Shown: in pieces, positions 36,391 to 47,665 of the stretch
Layout: each line of letters begins with the position of its first letter
Numbering within the stretch: position 1 is the stretch's first letter
NCBI GenBank assembly: GCA_020434585.1
Contig: JAGRAN010000079.1
Coordinates: 1-58,323, forward strand
Direction: 5' to 3'
DNA: 58,323 bases
Source: Bdellovibrionales bacterium
GTDB lineage: Bacteria; Bdellovibrionota_C; UBA2361; SZUA-149; JAGRAN01
Made by a program: the position numbers and the translations under genes
Notes under the pieces: generated by a model
What the model was told of the DNA's origin: nothing
The model's database searches: none
The model's input: only the letters and a program-made list of their open reading frames with translations

Positions 36391-37713
36391 ATGAAGAGGA
36401 TCACCGCCGAAAACACGCGCGAAGTCATCGCCCAGCACATGCTGCCCGATGTGATGCCGATTGTCGTCGATCTGGAGAAGAGTAGGGGAAACTACATCCA
36501 TGATTCGCGCAGCAGCAGGCAGTACCTGGATGTTTTTAGCTATATTGCGAGCAATCCACTCGGACATAATCATCCCGGACTCAGTGAACCCGAGTTTGAG
36601 AAAGAGCTGCTCCGAGCCGCGAAAGTTAAGCCCTCTAATGCCGATTTTTATACAGTTGAAATGGCAAAGTTTGTCGACACTTTTGCCCGTGTTGCGATGC
36701 ACAAAGACCTGCCGCATCTCTTTTTTATTGAGGGCGGAGCGCTCGCCGTAGAAAACGCGATGAAAACAGCGTTCGACTGGAAGGTTCGCAAAAACCTGGC
36801 ACAAGGCGCATCCAGTGAACTCGGCAGTCAAATCGCCCACTTCAGGCAATCGTTTCACGGCCGGTCGGGATATACGCTTTCGGTTACCAATACGCGCGAC
36901 CCCCGTAAAACGAACTACTTTCCGAAGTTCGACTGGCCAAGAATTAGCAACCCCAAGATTACTTTTCCGCTTGAGGGCGAAAATCTAAGCAAAGTTATCG
37001 AACTCGAGCAGCAGGCGGTCGCGGAGCTGCGAGCGGCTTTCGATCAGCGCGCGCCCGATATTGCCGCAATTTTGATTGAACCAATTCAGGGTGAAGGCGG
37101 TGATAATCATTTCAGGCCGGAGTTTTTGTCAGAACTAAGAAAGCTGGCAGACGAGTTTGAAGCCCTGCTGATCTTTGACGAGGTTCAAACCGGCGTTGGG
37201 CTTACCGGAACCTTTTGGGCTTTTGAACAGTTGGGGGTGGTTCCAGATATTATTTCGTTCGGCAAAAAAACTCAGGTCTGCGGTATCTGCGCTTCTAGGC
37301 GAATCGACGCAGTGGAACACAATGTCTTTCAGGAAGCCTCGAGAATAAATTCTACCTGGGGTGGGTCCTTGGTTGATATGGTGCGCTGCCGCCGGTACCT
37401 GGAAATCATCGAAGAAGAGGACCTACTCAGCAATGTTCGCATCAATGGGAAGGCCCTGCTGGACGGCCTGAAGCAGATTCAGAGCAAATACGCCGCTTTG
37501 TTTAGCAATGCCCGCGGCAGGGGTTTCATGTGTGCAATTGATGCCCCAAGTGAAGAGATTCGCAATCGAATTCGCAAAGATATGCTTGACCGCGGAGTGC
37601 TGGTCCTATCCTGTGGGGAGCGCTCAATCCGCTTTCGTCCCTCGTTGACATTCTCTGAGAGCGATATAGCTCAGCTCCTTTCAACGCTTGAGGATACAGC
37701 AAAAACGTTGTAA
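36391..37713 (+). CDS. lat: L-lysine 6-aminotransferase (class III)
   Basis: 440 aa. Has DLEKSRGNYIHDSRSSRQYLDVFSYIASNPLGHNHP (LAT-type N-terminus) and SFGKKTQVCG (PLP lysine). Divergent from pcd. Confidence 0.82.
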   Translation: MKRITAENTREVIAQHMLPDVMPIVVDLEKSRGNYIHDSRSSRQYLDVFSYIASNPLGHNHPGLSEPEFEKELLRAAKVKPSNADFYTVEMAKFVDTFARVAMHKDLPHLFFIEGGALAVENAMKTAFDWKVRKNLAQGASSELGSQIAHFRQSFHGRSGYTLSVTNTRDPRKTNYFPKFDWPRISNPKITFPLEGENLSKVIELEQQAVAELRAAFDQRAPDIAAILIEPIQGEGGDNHFRPEFLSELRKLADEFEALLIFDEVQTGVGLTGTFWAFEQLGVVPDIISFGKKTQVCGICASRRIDAVEHNVFQEASRINSTWGGSLVDMVRCRRYLEIIEEEDLLSNVRINGKALLDGLKQIQSKYAALFSNARGRGFMCAIDAPSEEIRNRIRKDMLDRGVLVLSCGERSIRFRPSLTFSESDIAQLLSTLEDTAKTL

Positions 37714-37791
37714 CCTCGCAACGTTGTAAGCCTGCCCGGCGAATTTTGTTCAGGAGTCCCTATCGAAACGGTAGCGTCGCAAATTAGTTTA

Positions 37792-39243
37792 ATGCCGACC
37801 GAAGATCAGCAACCATTGATACTGTCACGCGATGAGCACTCGCTGTCTCGCAAAAAGATAGATCCGGACGCGCTAAAGGTACTCTACCGCCTGCATCGCA
37901 GCGGCTATAAAGCCTATCTCGTCGGAGGCGGCGTTAGGGATTTGCTTCTTGGCAAGCAGCCCAAAGACTTTGATATCGGCACGGACGCCAGCCCCGATAC
38001 GGTTCGACGCCTTTTCAGGAACAGCCGCATCATCGGCCGCCGCTTCAAAATCAATCATGTATACTTCAAAGGCAACAAGATCATCGAGGTAACGACCTTT
38101 CGTGCAGAGGTCGACTCCGACGAAGAAACCGAAGACGTCGAACCAGTAGTCCGTGACAACCAATTCGGTGACGATGAAAGCGATGCGCTGCGTCGAGACC
38201 TGACGATCAACGGGCTGTTTTACGATATCTCTGATTACTCGATCATTGATTATGTTGGCGGCATACAAGATCTTAATGACGGAATAATCCGTATCATCGG
38301 TGAACCGGAACGCCGGATTCGAGAAGATCCTGTGCGAATGATTCGCGCAGTGCGCCACGCAGCAAGGACAGGTTTTGAAATTGAACCCGTCACTTATAAT
38401 GCCATCCGTGATCTAGCGCAGCAGATTGAACTCAGCTCTCCCGCTCGAGTTCACGAAGAAGTGATTCGCGACCTAACCGGCTGCCACGCCCGCGAAGCAT
38501 TCAAACTATTCGACAAAACCGGGCTTTTACCCTATCTGACTCCAATTATTTCAGAAGCGATTCAGCGGGATCCCAAAAACGTCTGGAAGTGCCTCGATCA
38601 TACCCTGGCCCAGATCGATAAAATGAGTGCATCTGTTGGGCCTGGCAGCGTCGGAACCTACTTCGCCGCGATGCTTGTGGGCGTCGCCGGAGTCGAAGAA
38701 CTTAGAGACCGCGTTCCTGAATCTCTTGCCGACGAGGTTGCTCCATTTTTTGTCGAGTCAGCCGGTGAGCTGGCGCAGTATGCTGCACTCCCTGAACCGC
38801 TTGAAAAACTTGAGCGGGCATCAGCCCCGACCTTGCGTGGACCCGTTCGGCGCAGTAGTCGGAAAAAAGTCAAAAAAAGCGACCTACGCAGAACGATAGA
38901 CGCGCTTTATCTGCCGCTGCAAATCACCCGTCGAGAACGCGATGTTATGGAAGACGCACTAAGAATGCGCTTCGCCATGATCACCGCTACGATGAGCGCC
39001 GAGCCGGATGAACGCCAAGAAGCTCTTCGAGTTATTCGCAAATCCCCACTGTTTAGTGCGGGCCTTAAGCTGCTGCGGCTGACTGCTCGGGGCGAGAATG
39101 CTGAGCTGCTGGACGAGTGGGAGTCCGTATCTGCTGATCGACAGCATAAGTCAGCTAAAGACGTTAAACGTGAAAAGAAAAAACGTACCCGACGCAGAAG
39201 AAGGCGCCGCAAGCGAAGTGATCGAGCCGACTCTGAAGAATAA
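37792..39243 (+). CDS. pcnB: Poly(A) polymerase I
   Basis: Motifs AYLVGGGVRDLLLGKQPKDFDIGT and RIIGRRFKINHV, with an Arg/Lys-rich C-terminal tail. Confidence 0.9.
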   Translation: MPTEDQQPLILSRDEHSLSRKKIDPDALKVLYRLHRSGYKAYLVGGGVRDLLLGKQPKDFDIGTDASPDTVRRLFRNSRIIGRRFKINHVYFKGNKIIEVTTFRAEVDSDEETEDVEPVVRDNQFGDDESDALRRDLTINGLFYDISDYSIIDYVGGIQDLNDGIIRIIGEPERRIREDPVRMIRAVRHAARTGFEIEPVTYNAIRDLAQQIELSSPARVHEEVIRDLTGCHAREAFKLFDKTGLLPYLTPIISEAIQRDPKNVWKCLDHTLAQIDKMSASVGPGSVGTYFAAMLVGVAGVEELRDRVPESLADEVAPFFVESAGELAQYAALPEPLEKLERASAPTLRGPVRRSSRKKVKKSDLRRTIDALYLPLQITRRERDVMEDALRMRFAMITATMSAEPDERQEALRVIRKSPLFSAGLKLLRLTARGENAELLDEWESVSADRQHKSAKDVKREKKKRTRRRRRRRKRSDRADSEE

Positions 39244-39358
39244 ACTTGACAATAAAGCCAGGATATTTATATTTGCTCGTTTGTTCTGGTGCTTTAGGAA
39301 GGTCGATCGATCTCTGCTTGCTTCGGCCTGGTATTACGATTAACACCTAACAGAATAA

Positions 39359-41095
<1,737 letters not shown>

Positions 41096-41110
41096 TAAGT
41101 ATTCTTAGTC

Positions 41111-41956
41111 ATGGCAGGCTCAGCTTCTTCCAGCTTCTCTCTTGGCTCGAGTGTCACCATCGGTGATCGCACTTCACCTGTTTTGTTTTGCGGTCCATGC
41201 GTTATCGAGTCCAGAGAACATGCACTAGATCATGCCGCCCAAATTAAGGAAATCGCTGGCCGGGCGGGCATTCAGTTCGTGTTCAAATCTTCCTACGACA
41301 AGGCGAACCGCACTAGCATTAGCAGCTTTAGGGGTCTCGGAATCGACGAAGGTCTGTCAGTTCTCGCCGAAGTTAAAGAGAGGCTGGGCGTCCCGGTCAT
41401 TACTGATGTTCACAGCCCTCAGGAAGCCCAAGCCGCCGCTGAAGTCGTCGATGTTTTGCAGATTCCTGCCTTTCTTTGCCGACAGACTGACTTACTCCAA
41501 GCAGCCGCCGCTTCAGGCAAAGCGGTCCTGATTAAGAAAGGGCAATTTGTTGCCCCCGCCGACATGAAATTCGTCGCTCAAAAGGTCGTTGAGAGCGGCA
41601 ACTCGCGAGTAATGATTTGCGAACGCGGTGCGAGCTTTGGCTATCGTGAGCTCATAGTAGATTTTCGCGGACTTGAAATTATGGCCGAAACTGCAAAGTG
41701 CCCAATTGTCTTCGACGGCACTCACAGCGTGCAAATCATGGGTGGGGCAGCAGGGGTGTCAGGCGGCAGTCGGGAGCGAATTCCGGCGCTTGTCCGTGCT
41801 GCAGCTGCAGTTGGGGTCGACGGATTCTTCTTGGAAAGCCACGAGAATCCCGACAGCGCTCCTTCGGACGGTGCAAACATGCTGCCACTTTCAGAGTTGG
41901 AAAACCTTCTGGCCGACATAGTGACTTTATCCAAACTTCAGCTGCGGACGCGCTAG
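41111..41956 (+). CDS. kdsA: 3-deoxy-8-phosphooctulonate (KDO-8-P) synthase
   Basis: Motifs FKSSYDKANRTS, QIPAFLCRQTDLL and DGTHSVQ. Confidence 0.95.
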   Translation: MAGSASSSFSLGSSVTIGDRTSPVLFCGPCVIESREHALDHAAQIKEIAGRAGIQFVFKSSYDKANRTSISSFRGLGIDEGLSVLAEVKERLGVPVITDVHSPQEAQAAAEVVDVLQIPAFLCRQTDLLQAAAASGKAVLIKKGQFVAPADMKFVAQKVVESGNSRVMICERGASFGYRELIVDFRGLEIMAETAKCPIVFDGTHSVQIMGGAAGVSGGSRERIPALVRAAAAVGVDGFFLESHENPDSAPSDGANMLPLSELENLLADIVTLSKLQLRTR

Positions 41957-41978
41957 CCCGCTGCTGCTTAGGAGTTCA

Positions 41979-42671
41979 ATGGAGCTTTCCATCAACGCCG
42001 GACACCGCACGGTCGACTATCGTCAAATGCAGCTAACTTTCGCTGTTTTGACCGGTGCCTACCTTCTGTTTTTGGCCGTTATTGTGATTTACCGTTCGGC
42101 TGACAGGAGCTCACTGTTAGGTGCCGAGACAGCTCTCGATGCGCCAAGCGACCAGCTCGAAGGTGTGCATGCCCCTGTGCAGCGCACTTCCAGCCTACAT
42201 CTGAGGGACTTCCATCGCAGTGAAATTCAGGACGGCCGCTTGGCGTGGGAGGTTAAAGCACGTGACGCCCGGTACTTTGCTGACGAAACTTTGGCGCAAT
42301 TGAGCGACGCCGCTATCACAGTTCATCGCACTGACGGTTCATCGGTAACTGTCAAGTCTAGAGCGGGAAAGATGTTTATCAGCGAGATGGCCTTGCAGCG
42401 CGCCGAACTTGAGGGGAATATAGAGGTGGTCCTCGATGATTCAATTTTGATCGAGACCGAATTGGCCAATTTCGATTCTAAGAGTCAGGAAATCACTGCT
42501 CCAGGAAGTGTTAAGGTGAGTGGACCTGGATTCGTCGTTACCGGGATTGGCATGAAGGTTTACATTGAACCTCAGCTGATTACTCTTAGTCGCAATGTTG
42601 AGTCACAGTTTGAGCAGGGCGGCAAAGTCCCTAAGTTTGTCGAATCCATGAAACAAAAGAGCGCACAATGA
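41979..42671 (+). CDS. lptC: LPS export protein LptC-like
   Basis: 230 aa with an N-terminal TM anchor and a beta-jellyroll-like region. Positioned immediately before lptA-lptB. Confidence 0.6.
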   Translation: MELSINAGHRTVDYRQMQLTFAVLTGAYLLFLAVIVIYRSADRSSLLGAETALDAPSDQLEGVHAPVQRTSSLHLRDFHRSEIQDGRLAWEVKARDARYFADETLAQLSDAAITVHRTDGSSVTVKSRAGKMFISEMALQRAELEGNIEVVLDDSILIETELANFDSKSQEITAPGSVKVSGPGFVVTGIGMKVYIEPQLITLSRNVESQFEQGGKVPKFVESMKQKSAQ

Positions 42672-43246
42672 ACAAAAAAGCAGGATTATTACGCCCAGCG
42701 CTGCATCTGGCTTTGCTTGCCGCAGCATTGTTTGCTGCGACAGGTGCTAATGCAGAGGCTGCCGCTGAAGCGAGCAGCAACCCGCTCAAAGGAATCATGG
42801 GCGACTCCAGCAAGATGGATAAGAGCCTTCCGCTGTTAATTAAGTCTGACTCGCTTCAAGTAAACGCAGTCGAGCGTAAGTTTGTTTACGAGGGCAACGT
42901 ACGTGCTCAGCGCGGCGATGTAATGCTCACTTCAGACAAGATGATCGGCAAATACGACGAGAAGAACGAGCTGGACACTGTTACCTGTGAAAAGAACGTT
43001 GTAATTACTCGCGGAACAGACATGCGTGCAACATCTGAACACGCATTTTACGATGTGAAAAAAGCAGTGGTTGAATTAACGGAAGCTCCCGAGCTAATTA
43101 ACAAAGGAAACGCGCTTACAGCCGACAAGATTCGGGTGTTTCTCAACGAAGATCGCAGCGAGGCGGAAGGGGACGTCAGAGTTCGCGTTATCCAAGAAGC
43201 CGCAGAAGCCGCCGAGGCTGTTCCCGGCCTAGGTGATTTGCAATGA
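42668..43246 (+). CDS. lptA: LPS transport periplasmic protein LptA (OstA-like)
   Basis: Signal peptide with OstA-like repeats (SDSLQVN...FVYEGNVRAQRGDVMLTSDKM...). Shows 4-nt overlaps on both sides. Confidence 0.8.
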   Translation: MNKKAGLLRPALHLALLAAALFAATGANAEAAAEASSNPLKGIMGDSSKMDKSLPLLIKSDSLQVNAVERKFVYEGNVRAQRGDVMLTSDKMIGKYDEKNELDTVTCEKNVVITRGTDMRATSEHAFYDVKKAVVELTEAPELINKGNALTADKIRVFLNEDRSEAEGDVRVRVIQEAAEAAEAVPGLGDLQ

Positions 43247-43998
43247 CATCTAACGGTTCACAACCCAGTGCCATATTATCCAGCTCCGGCCTGATTAAGA
43301 TCTACAACGGTAGACGAGTCGTAGACGGAGTCGACGTTTTTGTTAATGAGGGCGAAATTGTTGGACTGCTCGGACCAAATGGAGCAGGCAAGACGACAAC
43401 ATTTTACATGATGGTTGGCTTGGTCCATCCGGACGAAGGCAGTATTCGCCTTAACAACCACGACGTAACCGGAGTCCCTATGTTCGAGCGCGCTCGACTC
43501 GGGCTTGGCTACCTTCCTCAGGAACCCTCTGTTTTTCGCAAGCTGAGCGTGTCCGAAAACATCCTCGCCGTACTCGAGGTTCTGCCTGAATTTAAATCAG
43601 ACCCAAAAAAGCAGCAGACGCGCCTGGCCGAGCTGATAGAGGAGCTCGCCTTAGAGCGTGTCGCAAAAAGCATGGCGTTTTCCTTGTCTGGCGGAGAGCG
43701 CCGCCGCGTAGAAATTGCCAGAGCCCTAGCCTGCTCGCCAAAGATAATGCTGCTCGACGAACCGTTTGCCGGAATCGATCCGATTGTAGTCGGCGAAATC
43801 CAGGAACTAGTGCGCACACTGCAGCGCAAGGGAATCGCCGTCCTGATCACGGATCATAACGTGCGTGAGACGCTCGGAATCTGTGACAGAGCATATATCC
43901 TTAGTGATGGAAGATTGATGGAATCCGGCACCCCCGAACAAATCGCCAACTCTGAAATTGCGCGAGAGTACTACCTCGGAGAGAGCTTCTCGCTCTGA
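43243..43998 (+). CDS. lptB: LPS export ABC transporter ATPase
   Basis: Walker A GPNGAGKTT, signature LSGGERRRVEIARAL, Walker B LLDEPFAGIDP. Confidence 0.95.
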   Translation: MTSNGSQPSAILSSSGLIKIYNGRRVVDGVDVFVNEGEIVGLLGPNGAGKTTTFYMMVGLVHPDEGSIRLNNHDVTGVPMFERARLGLGYLPQEPSVFRKLSVSENILAVLEVLPEFKSDPKKQQTRLAELIEELALERVAKSMAFSLSGGERRRVEIARALACSPKIMLLDEPFAGIDPIVVGEIQELVRTLQRKGIAVLITDHNVRETLGICDRAYILSDGRLMESGTPEQIANSEIAREYYLGESFSL

Positions 43999-44229
43999 GC
44001 GCCCGTCTCCATGCGGGCCGCTTGTATACACACACCTAAATTAGGTTGAAACTATCCGTAGTTAGAGCTTTTGTTTGGCAAAAGTATCAATATTTAACTT
44101 CGCGTTCCCGATAAAAGCTATGCTACTATCGTACCAAGACGGTTTTTCATTCGATCTGCTGGGGGGATGAAACGCTGCTTCTCGAGTGCTTCCAGGGAGT
44201 TATTAATTTAACGGCTTAGCTGGAATCTT

Positions 44230-44246
44230 TGGCACGATTTTTTGCA
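44230..44246 (+). promoter_or_regulatory. Sigma-54-like -24/-12 element TGGCACGATTTTTTGCA upstream of rpoN
   Basis: Near-consensus TGGCACG...TTGCA, but the GG-to-GC distance is 13 nt rather than the canonical 12. Lies 83 nt upstream of the rpoN ATG. Confidence 0.3.
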
Positions 44247-44328
44247 TTGAAAGAAGTGTGCCGAAAATGCTCGGGTAGTGCTTAGGTTGTTTTACTGCAG
44301 TAAGGGGTTGGTTTCGTAAAGGCCGTAT

Positions 44329-45804
44329 ATGTCACTAGAGATTAAACTAAATCAAAAGCTTAGCCAGTCGCTGGTGATGACGCCTCAGCTGCAGCAGGCA
44401 ATCAAACTGCTTCAGCTCGGTCGCTTAGAATACCTTGAAGTTCTAGAAAAGGAACTCCTAGAAAACCCCGTACTAGAAGACGCCAAAGACGAGGGAGACG
44501 AACACAATGACTCCCGCGACAGTAAAAGTGAATTTGAAGGTTCGAGCGAAATTCCCGACGAACTGCAGTCGCTATCAGTAACAGCAGACGAGCCGATGCT
44601 CGACCCGAACGTCGACTGGTCCAATTACATGGAATCAGCTCCCGAATCTTGGCAAGTCAACTACGGTGCCCGCGCAGTCGATTCAGATGAAGAGCGGCCG
44701 TCGATCGAAGCTACAGTTTCCAAGCAAGAAGGACTTTCGAGTCATCTCCTTTGGCAGCTCAGAACTTTGGAGCTGGACGAAAAGGAACAAGACATTGCCG
44801 TCCAGATTATCGGCAATCTCGACCGCAACGGCTATCTCGAATGCTCGATGGAAGAACTCTGCGCCTTATGCGGCTGTGATATCGATGGTGTCGAGTCCGT
44901 GCTTAGTGTGGTTCAATCGCTTGATCCAGCCGGAGTCGGTGCGCGCGACTTGAGAGAATGTTTGCTGATTCAACTAAACCAGCGTGGCATGGAAGACACC
45001 TTAGTTTGGCATGTTGTCGATTGCCACCTGGGCGATATCGAATCAAGAAAGTTCGATTCAATCGCAAAAGTACTCGAAGTGTCCGTTGAAGAGGTTTACG
45101 ACGCGATTCGGTATATTCAAACTCTCGAGCCACGCCCAGGCAGACCGTTTGTCGACGAAAGCCCGATTTACATTACTCCTGATATTTACGTTCGAAAAAT
45201 CGGTGACGAATATGTAATTTCCCTGAACGAATCGGGAATGCCGAAGCTGCGAGTGAACACCAAATATCGCGATTTGCTGATGAAAAATAACGGTGATAGC
45301 GCAACCGACGCTCCGAACAAAGAGTATTTGCAGGACCGTCTGCGCTCGGCAGCTTGGTTGATCAAAAGCATTCATCAGCGCCAGCAGACGATTTACCGGG
45401 TTACCGAAAGTATCTTCAAATTTCAGCGTGACTTCCTCGAAAAAGGGGTTTCGGGCCTCAGACCTCTCGTATTGCGCGACGTCGCCGAAGACGTTGGAAT
45501 GCACGAATCAACTGTCAGCCGAGTAACCACCAACAAGTATGTTCACACTCCTCGTGGCGTCTTTGAATTGAAATACTTCTTTTCCTCTGGACTCCGCTCA
45601 GGAGTTGGAGAGGTGTCTTCCGAATCTGTGAAAGAGCGAATACGCGCTCTAATTTCCGACGAGGACCCCAAGAAGCCGCTAAGCGATCAGGCTATTGTCG
45701 GGATTCTTAAGGACGAGGGGGTCAGCATTGCTCGGAGAACCGTCGCGAAATACAGAGAAATGATGAATATTTTGTCCTCCTCCCGCAGGAAGAAGGTATT
45801 TTAA
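44329..45804 (+). CDS. rpoN: RNA polymerase sigma-54 factor
   Basis: 491 aa with LxQxLxMTPQLQQAIKLLQL at the N-terminus and the RpoN box ARRTVAKYR. Confidence 0.97.
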   Translation: MSLEIKLNQKLSQSLVMTPQLQQAIKLLQLGRLEYLEVLEKELLENPVLEDAKDEGDEHNDSRDSKSEFEGSSEIPDELQSLSVTADEPMLDPNVDWSNYMESAPESWQVNYGARAVDSDEERPSIEATVSKQEGLSSHLLWQLRTLELDEKEQDIAVQIIGNLDRNGYLECSMEELCALCGCDIDGVESVLSVVQSLDPAGVGARDLRECLLIQLNQRGMEDTLVWHVVDCHLGDIESRKFDSIAKVLEVSVEEVYDAIRYIQTLEPRPGRPFVDESPIYITPDIYVRKIGDEYVISLNESGMPKLRVNTKYRDLLMKNNGDSATDAPNKEYLQDRLRSAAWLIKSIHQRQQTIYRVTESIFKFQRDFLEKGVSGLRPLVLRDVAEDVGMHESTVSRVTTNKYVHTPRGVFELKYFFSSGLRSGVGEVSSESVKERIRALISDEDPKKPLSDQAIVGILKDEGVSIARRTVAKYREMMNILSSSRRKKVF

Positions 45805-45938
45805 ACTCCTGGCTCCCGATTTTTTAGAACGCTGTTTTGTGATAGAATGCCCGTATTAGGTCGTCGCACCACTTTAGCCGCTGATGCAATTTCTTTTCTT
45901 GAAATTTGTAACCCCAAAATCGAAAGAGGTTAACTTAT

Positions 45939-46274
45939 ATGTCTAAGACATTGCCCGAGATCAATGTATCGGTAACTTTCCGTCACACTGAATCGACCCC
46001 GGCGCTCAAATCGTATGCAACGGAAAAAGTAACGCATTGCCTTAGAAAGTACATTAACAACTCCGCAGACGTACAAATTGTCCTCTCAGTTCAGAAGCGC
46101 GACCACGTAGTCGAAGTTGTCCTTAGAACCAAAGGCTTCGATATTACCGCAAAGGAAATTACGGAAGACTTGTATTCGGCAATTGACAAGGTTGTCGATA
46201 ACCTGGACAAACAGATGAGAAAGCGTAAGGAGCGAATGCAGGACCATAAGCATCAGGTAGCCCCTCAAGCTTAA
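45939..46274 (+). CDS. hpf: Ribosome hibernation promoting factor (S30AE/RaiA family)
   Basis: 111 aa, INVSVTFRHTESTPALKSYATEKV. Canonical position after rpoN. Confidence 0.9.
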   Translation: MSKTLPEINVSVTFRHTESTPALKSYATEKVTHCLRKYINNSADVQIVLSVQKRDHVVEVVLRTKGFDITAKEITEDLYSAIDKVVDNLDKQMRKRKERMQDHKHQVAPQA

Positions 46275-46312
46275 GAGAAGGGCATGCTTCTGCATTTTAA
46301 GCAGGCGGGCAA

Positions 46313-47236
46313 ATGTCCAACAAACAACTCGTTATCATCAGCGGAGTGTCGGGGTCAGGCAAGTCGACCGCCCTTAACGCTTTCGAAGATATCGGTTTCT
46401 TTTGTGTAGACAATCTCCCGTCTGCCCTAATCGGCGACTTCGCTAAAAAGATCATTCTCGATCAGCAGGATTCCACTGACTCTGGTGCAGAAGCCATTCC
46501 TGTTCGTCACGACAAAGACTACGCATTGCTAATCGATTGTCGAACCGAAGGCTTTTTCCCGCAGCTGCAAAAGGTCGTAGACAACCTGAAGCAGCAGGGG
46601 ACGGCAATACGGATGCTGTATTTGGATGCTCACGACGACGTTTTGCTAAGACGGTTCAAAGAAACCCGAAGGCCGCATCCGCTGATCAAAGCCGGAGGGC
46701 AGGTCAGCACCGTGCAGCAGGCGCTTAAGTACGAGCGTATGGTCCTGACCGATTTTCGAGCGAAGGCCGATAAAATCATTGATACGTCAAATTTCACTCC
46801 GCACGAACTCCGGCGAGCGGTCACAAAGTTTTACCGACGAGACACAAACGAAGAATCTCCTCTGGAACTGACCATTGCCTCCTTCGGGTTCAAATACGGC
46901 GCACCCGTAAATGCCGACATAGTGATGGACGTTCGCTTTATGGCTAACCCGCACTTCGTTCCAGAGCTGCGAGAGCTTACGGGGTTGGATCAAAACGTGG
47001 CGGACTACGTATTTCAGACCAAAGATGCGCAGGAATTTGTCTGTCGCTTTGCAGACCTGCTGCGATTCCTGATTCCTCGCTACGTGGAAGAGGGTAAGTG
47101 TTATCTGACAGTTGCCGTAGGCTGTACGGGCGGTAAGCATCGCTCGGTTGCGACCTCCTGTAAGCTCGCCGAAACGCTGGCGGACTGCGGTGCCCAAGTC
47201 TCAGTGAAGCACCTTCACATTGATCAGTCGCGCTAG
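46313..47236 (+). CDS. rapZ: RNase adapter protein RapZ (YhbJ)
   Basis: Walker A GVSGSGKST, FCVDNLP, and the C-terminal GCTGGKHRSV motif. Confidence 0.93.
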   Translation: MSNKQLVIISGVSGSGKSTALNAFEDIGFFCVDNLPSALIGDFAKKIILDQQDSTDSGAEAIPVRHDKDYALLIDCRTEGFFPQLQKVVDNLKQQGTAIRMLYLDAHDDVLLRRFKETRRPHPLIKAGGQVSTVQQALKYERMVLTDFRAKADKIIDTSNFTPHELRRAVTKFYRRDTNEESPLELTIASFGFKYGAPVNADIVMDVRFMANPHFVPELRELTGLDQNVADYVFQTKDAQEFVCRFADLLRFLIPRYVEEGKCYLTVAVGCTGGKHRSVATSCKLAETLADCGAQVSVKHLHIDQSR

Positions 47237-47665
47237 CGTCTACTTGCCGTTTATTTAGCGATAACTCCTTGCGATTCTTGACGGCCAAGCCGCGCTTTAG
47301 TAGGAACGTTTGTTAGGCTTGAAGTTCAAACTGAACTTTGACGCTTGTAGTGTGTTTGTTTTGTCTATTAGGACGGACAATGGGACTGCTAATGGAGCTA
47401 AAAATTCGCAGCCTGGGAACCGGCAATTCGCCTCCGGCAGGCAGCAGCGAATCTAACTATTCTCGACGCCCCGCTGGAGCTGTATCCAGAGCTCTGCTTG
47501 AGCCGGGCCTTGGAGCTCCACTTCTAATTAAGCCTACCTCCTTAGTCCTCAGAAGTCCGCCCCCGCCGACATGCCTGAACTGTTGAAGTCTCGTCAAAAC
47601 GCGAGTGTTTAATTTTTATTTTGGATGCCGTGTGCATCATTTGTAATGGAAGGAGTAGCTGAAGA

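Noticed and set aside
36388-36858. 156-aa minus-strand ORF overlapping the 5' part of lat. Similar antisense ORFs lie inside pcnB (37873..38358), rpoN (45058..45504), rapZ (46787..47197) and the SurA-like/PMM junction (31474..31887).
   Set aside because: All lie fully within, or antisense to, genes with strong family signatures and have no motifs of their own.
37704-37729. 10-bp direct repeat AACGTTGTAA at the lat stop codon, repeated 6 nt downstream.
   Set aside because: It is real in the sequence but too short to interpret. It is likely a small duplication or chance.
47338-47586. An 82-aa ORF in the metK leader. Also the idea that the region is a tmRNA, 6S, RNase P, SRP or known SAM riboswitch.
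   Set aside because: The ORF has no RBS and a low-complexity product. I could not find the tRNA-like 3' end or tag reading frame of tmRNA, nor the conserved cores of the other RNAs. It is kept only as an unassigned structured leader.
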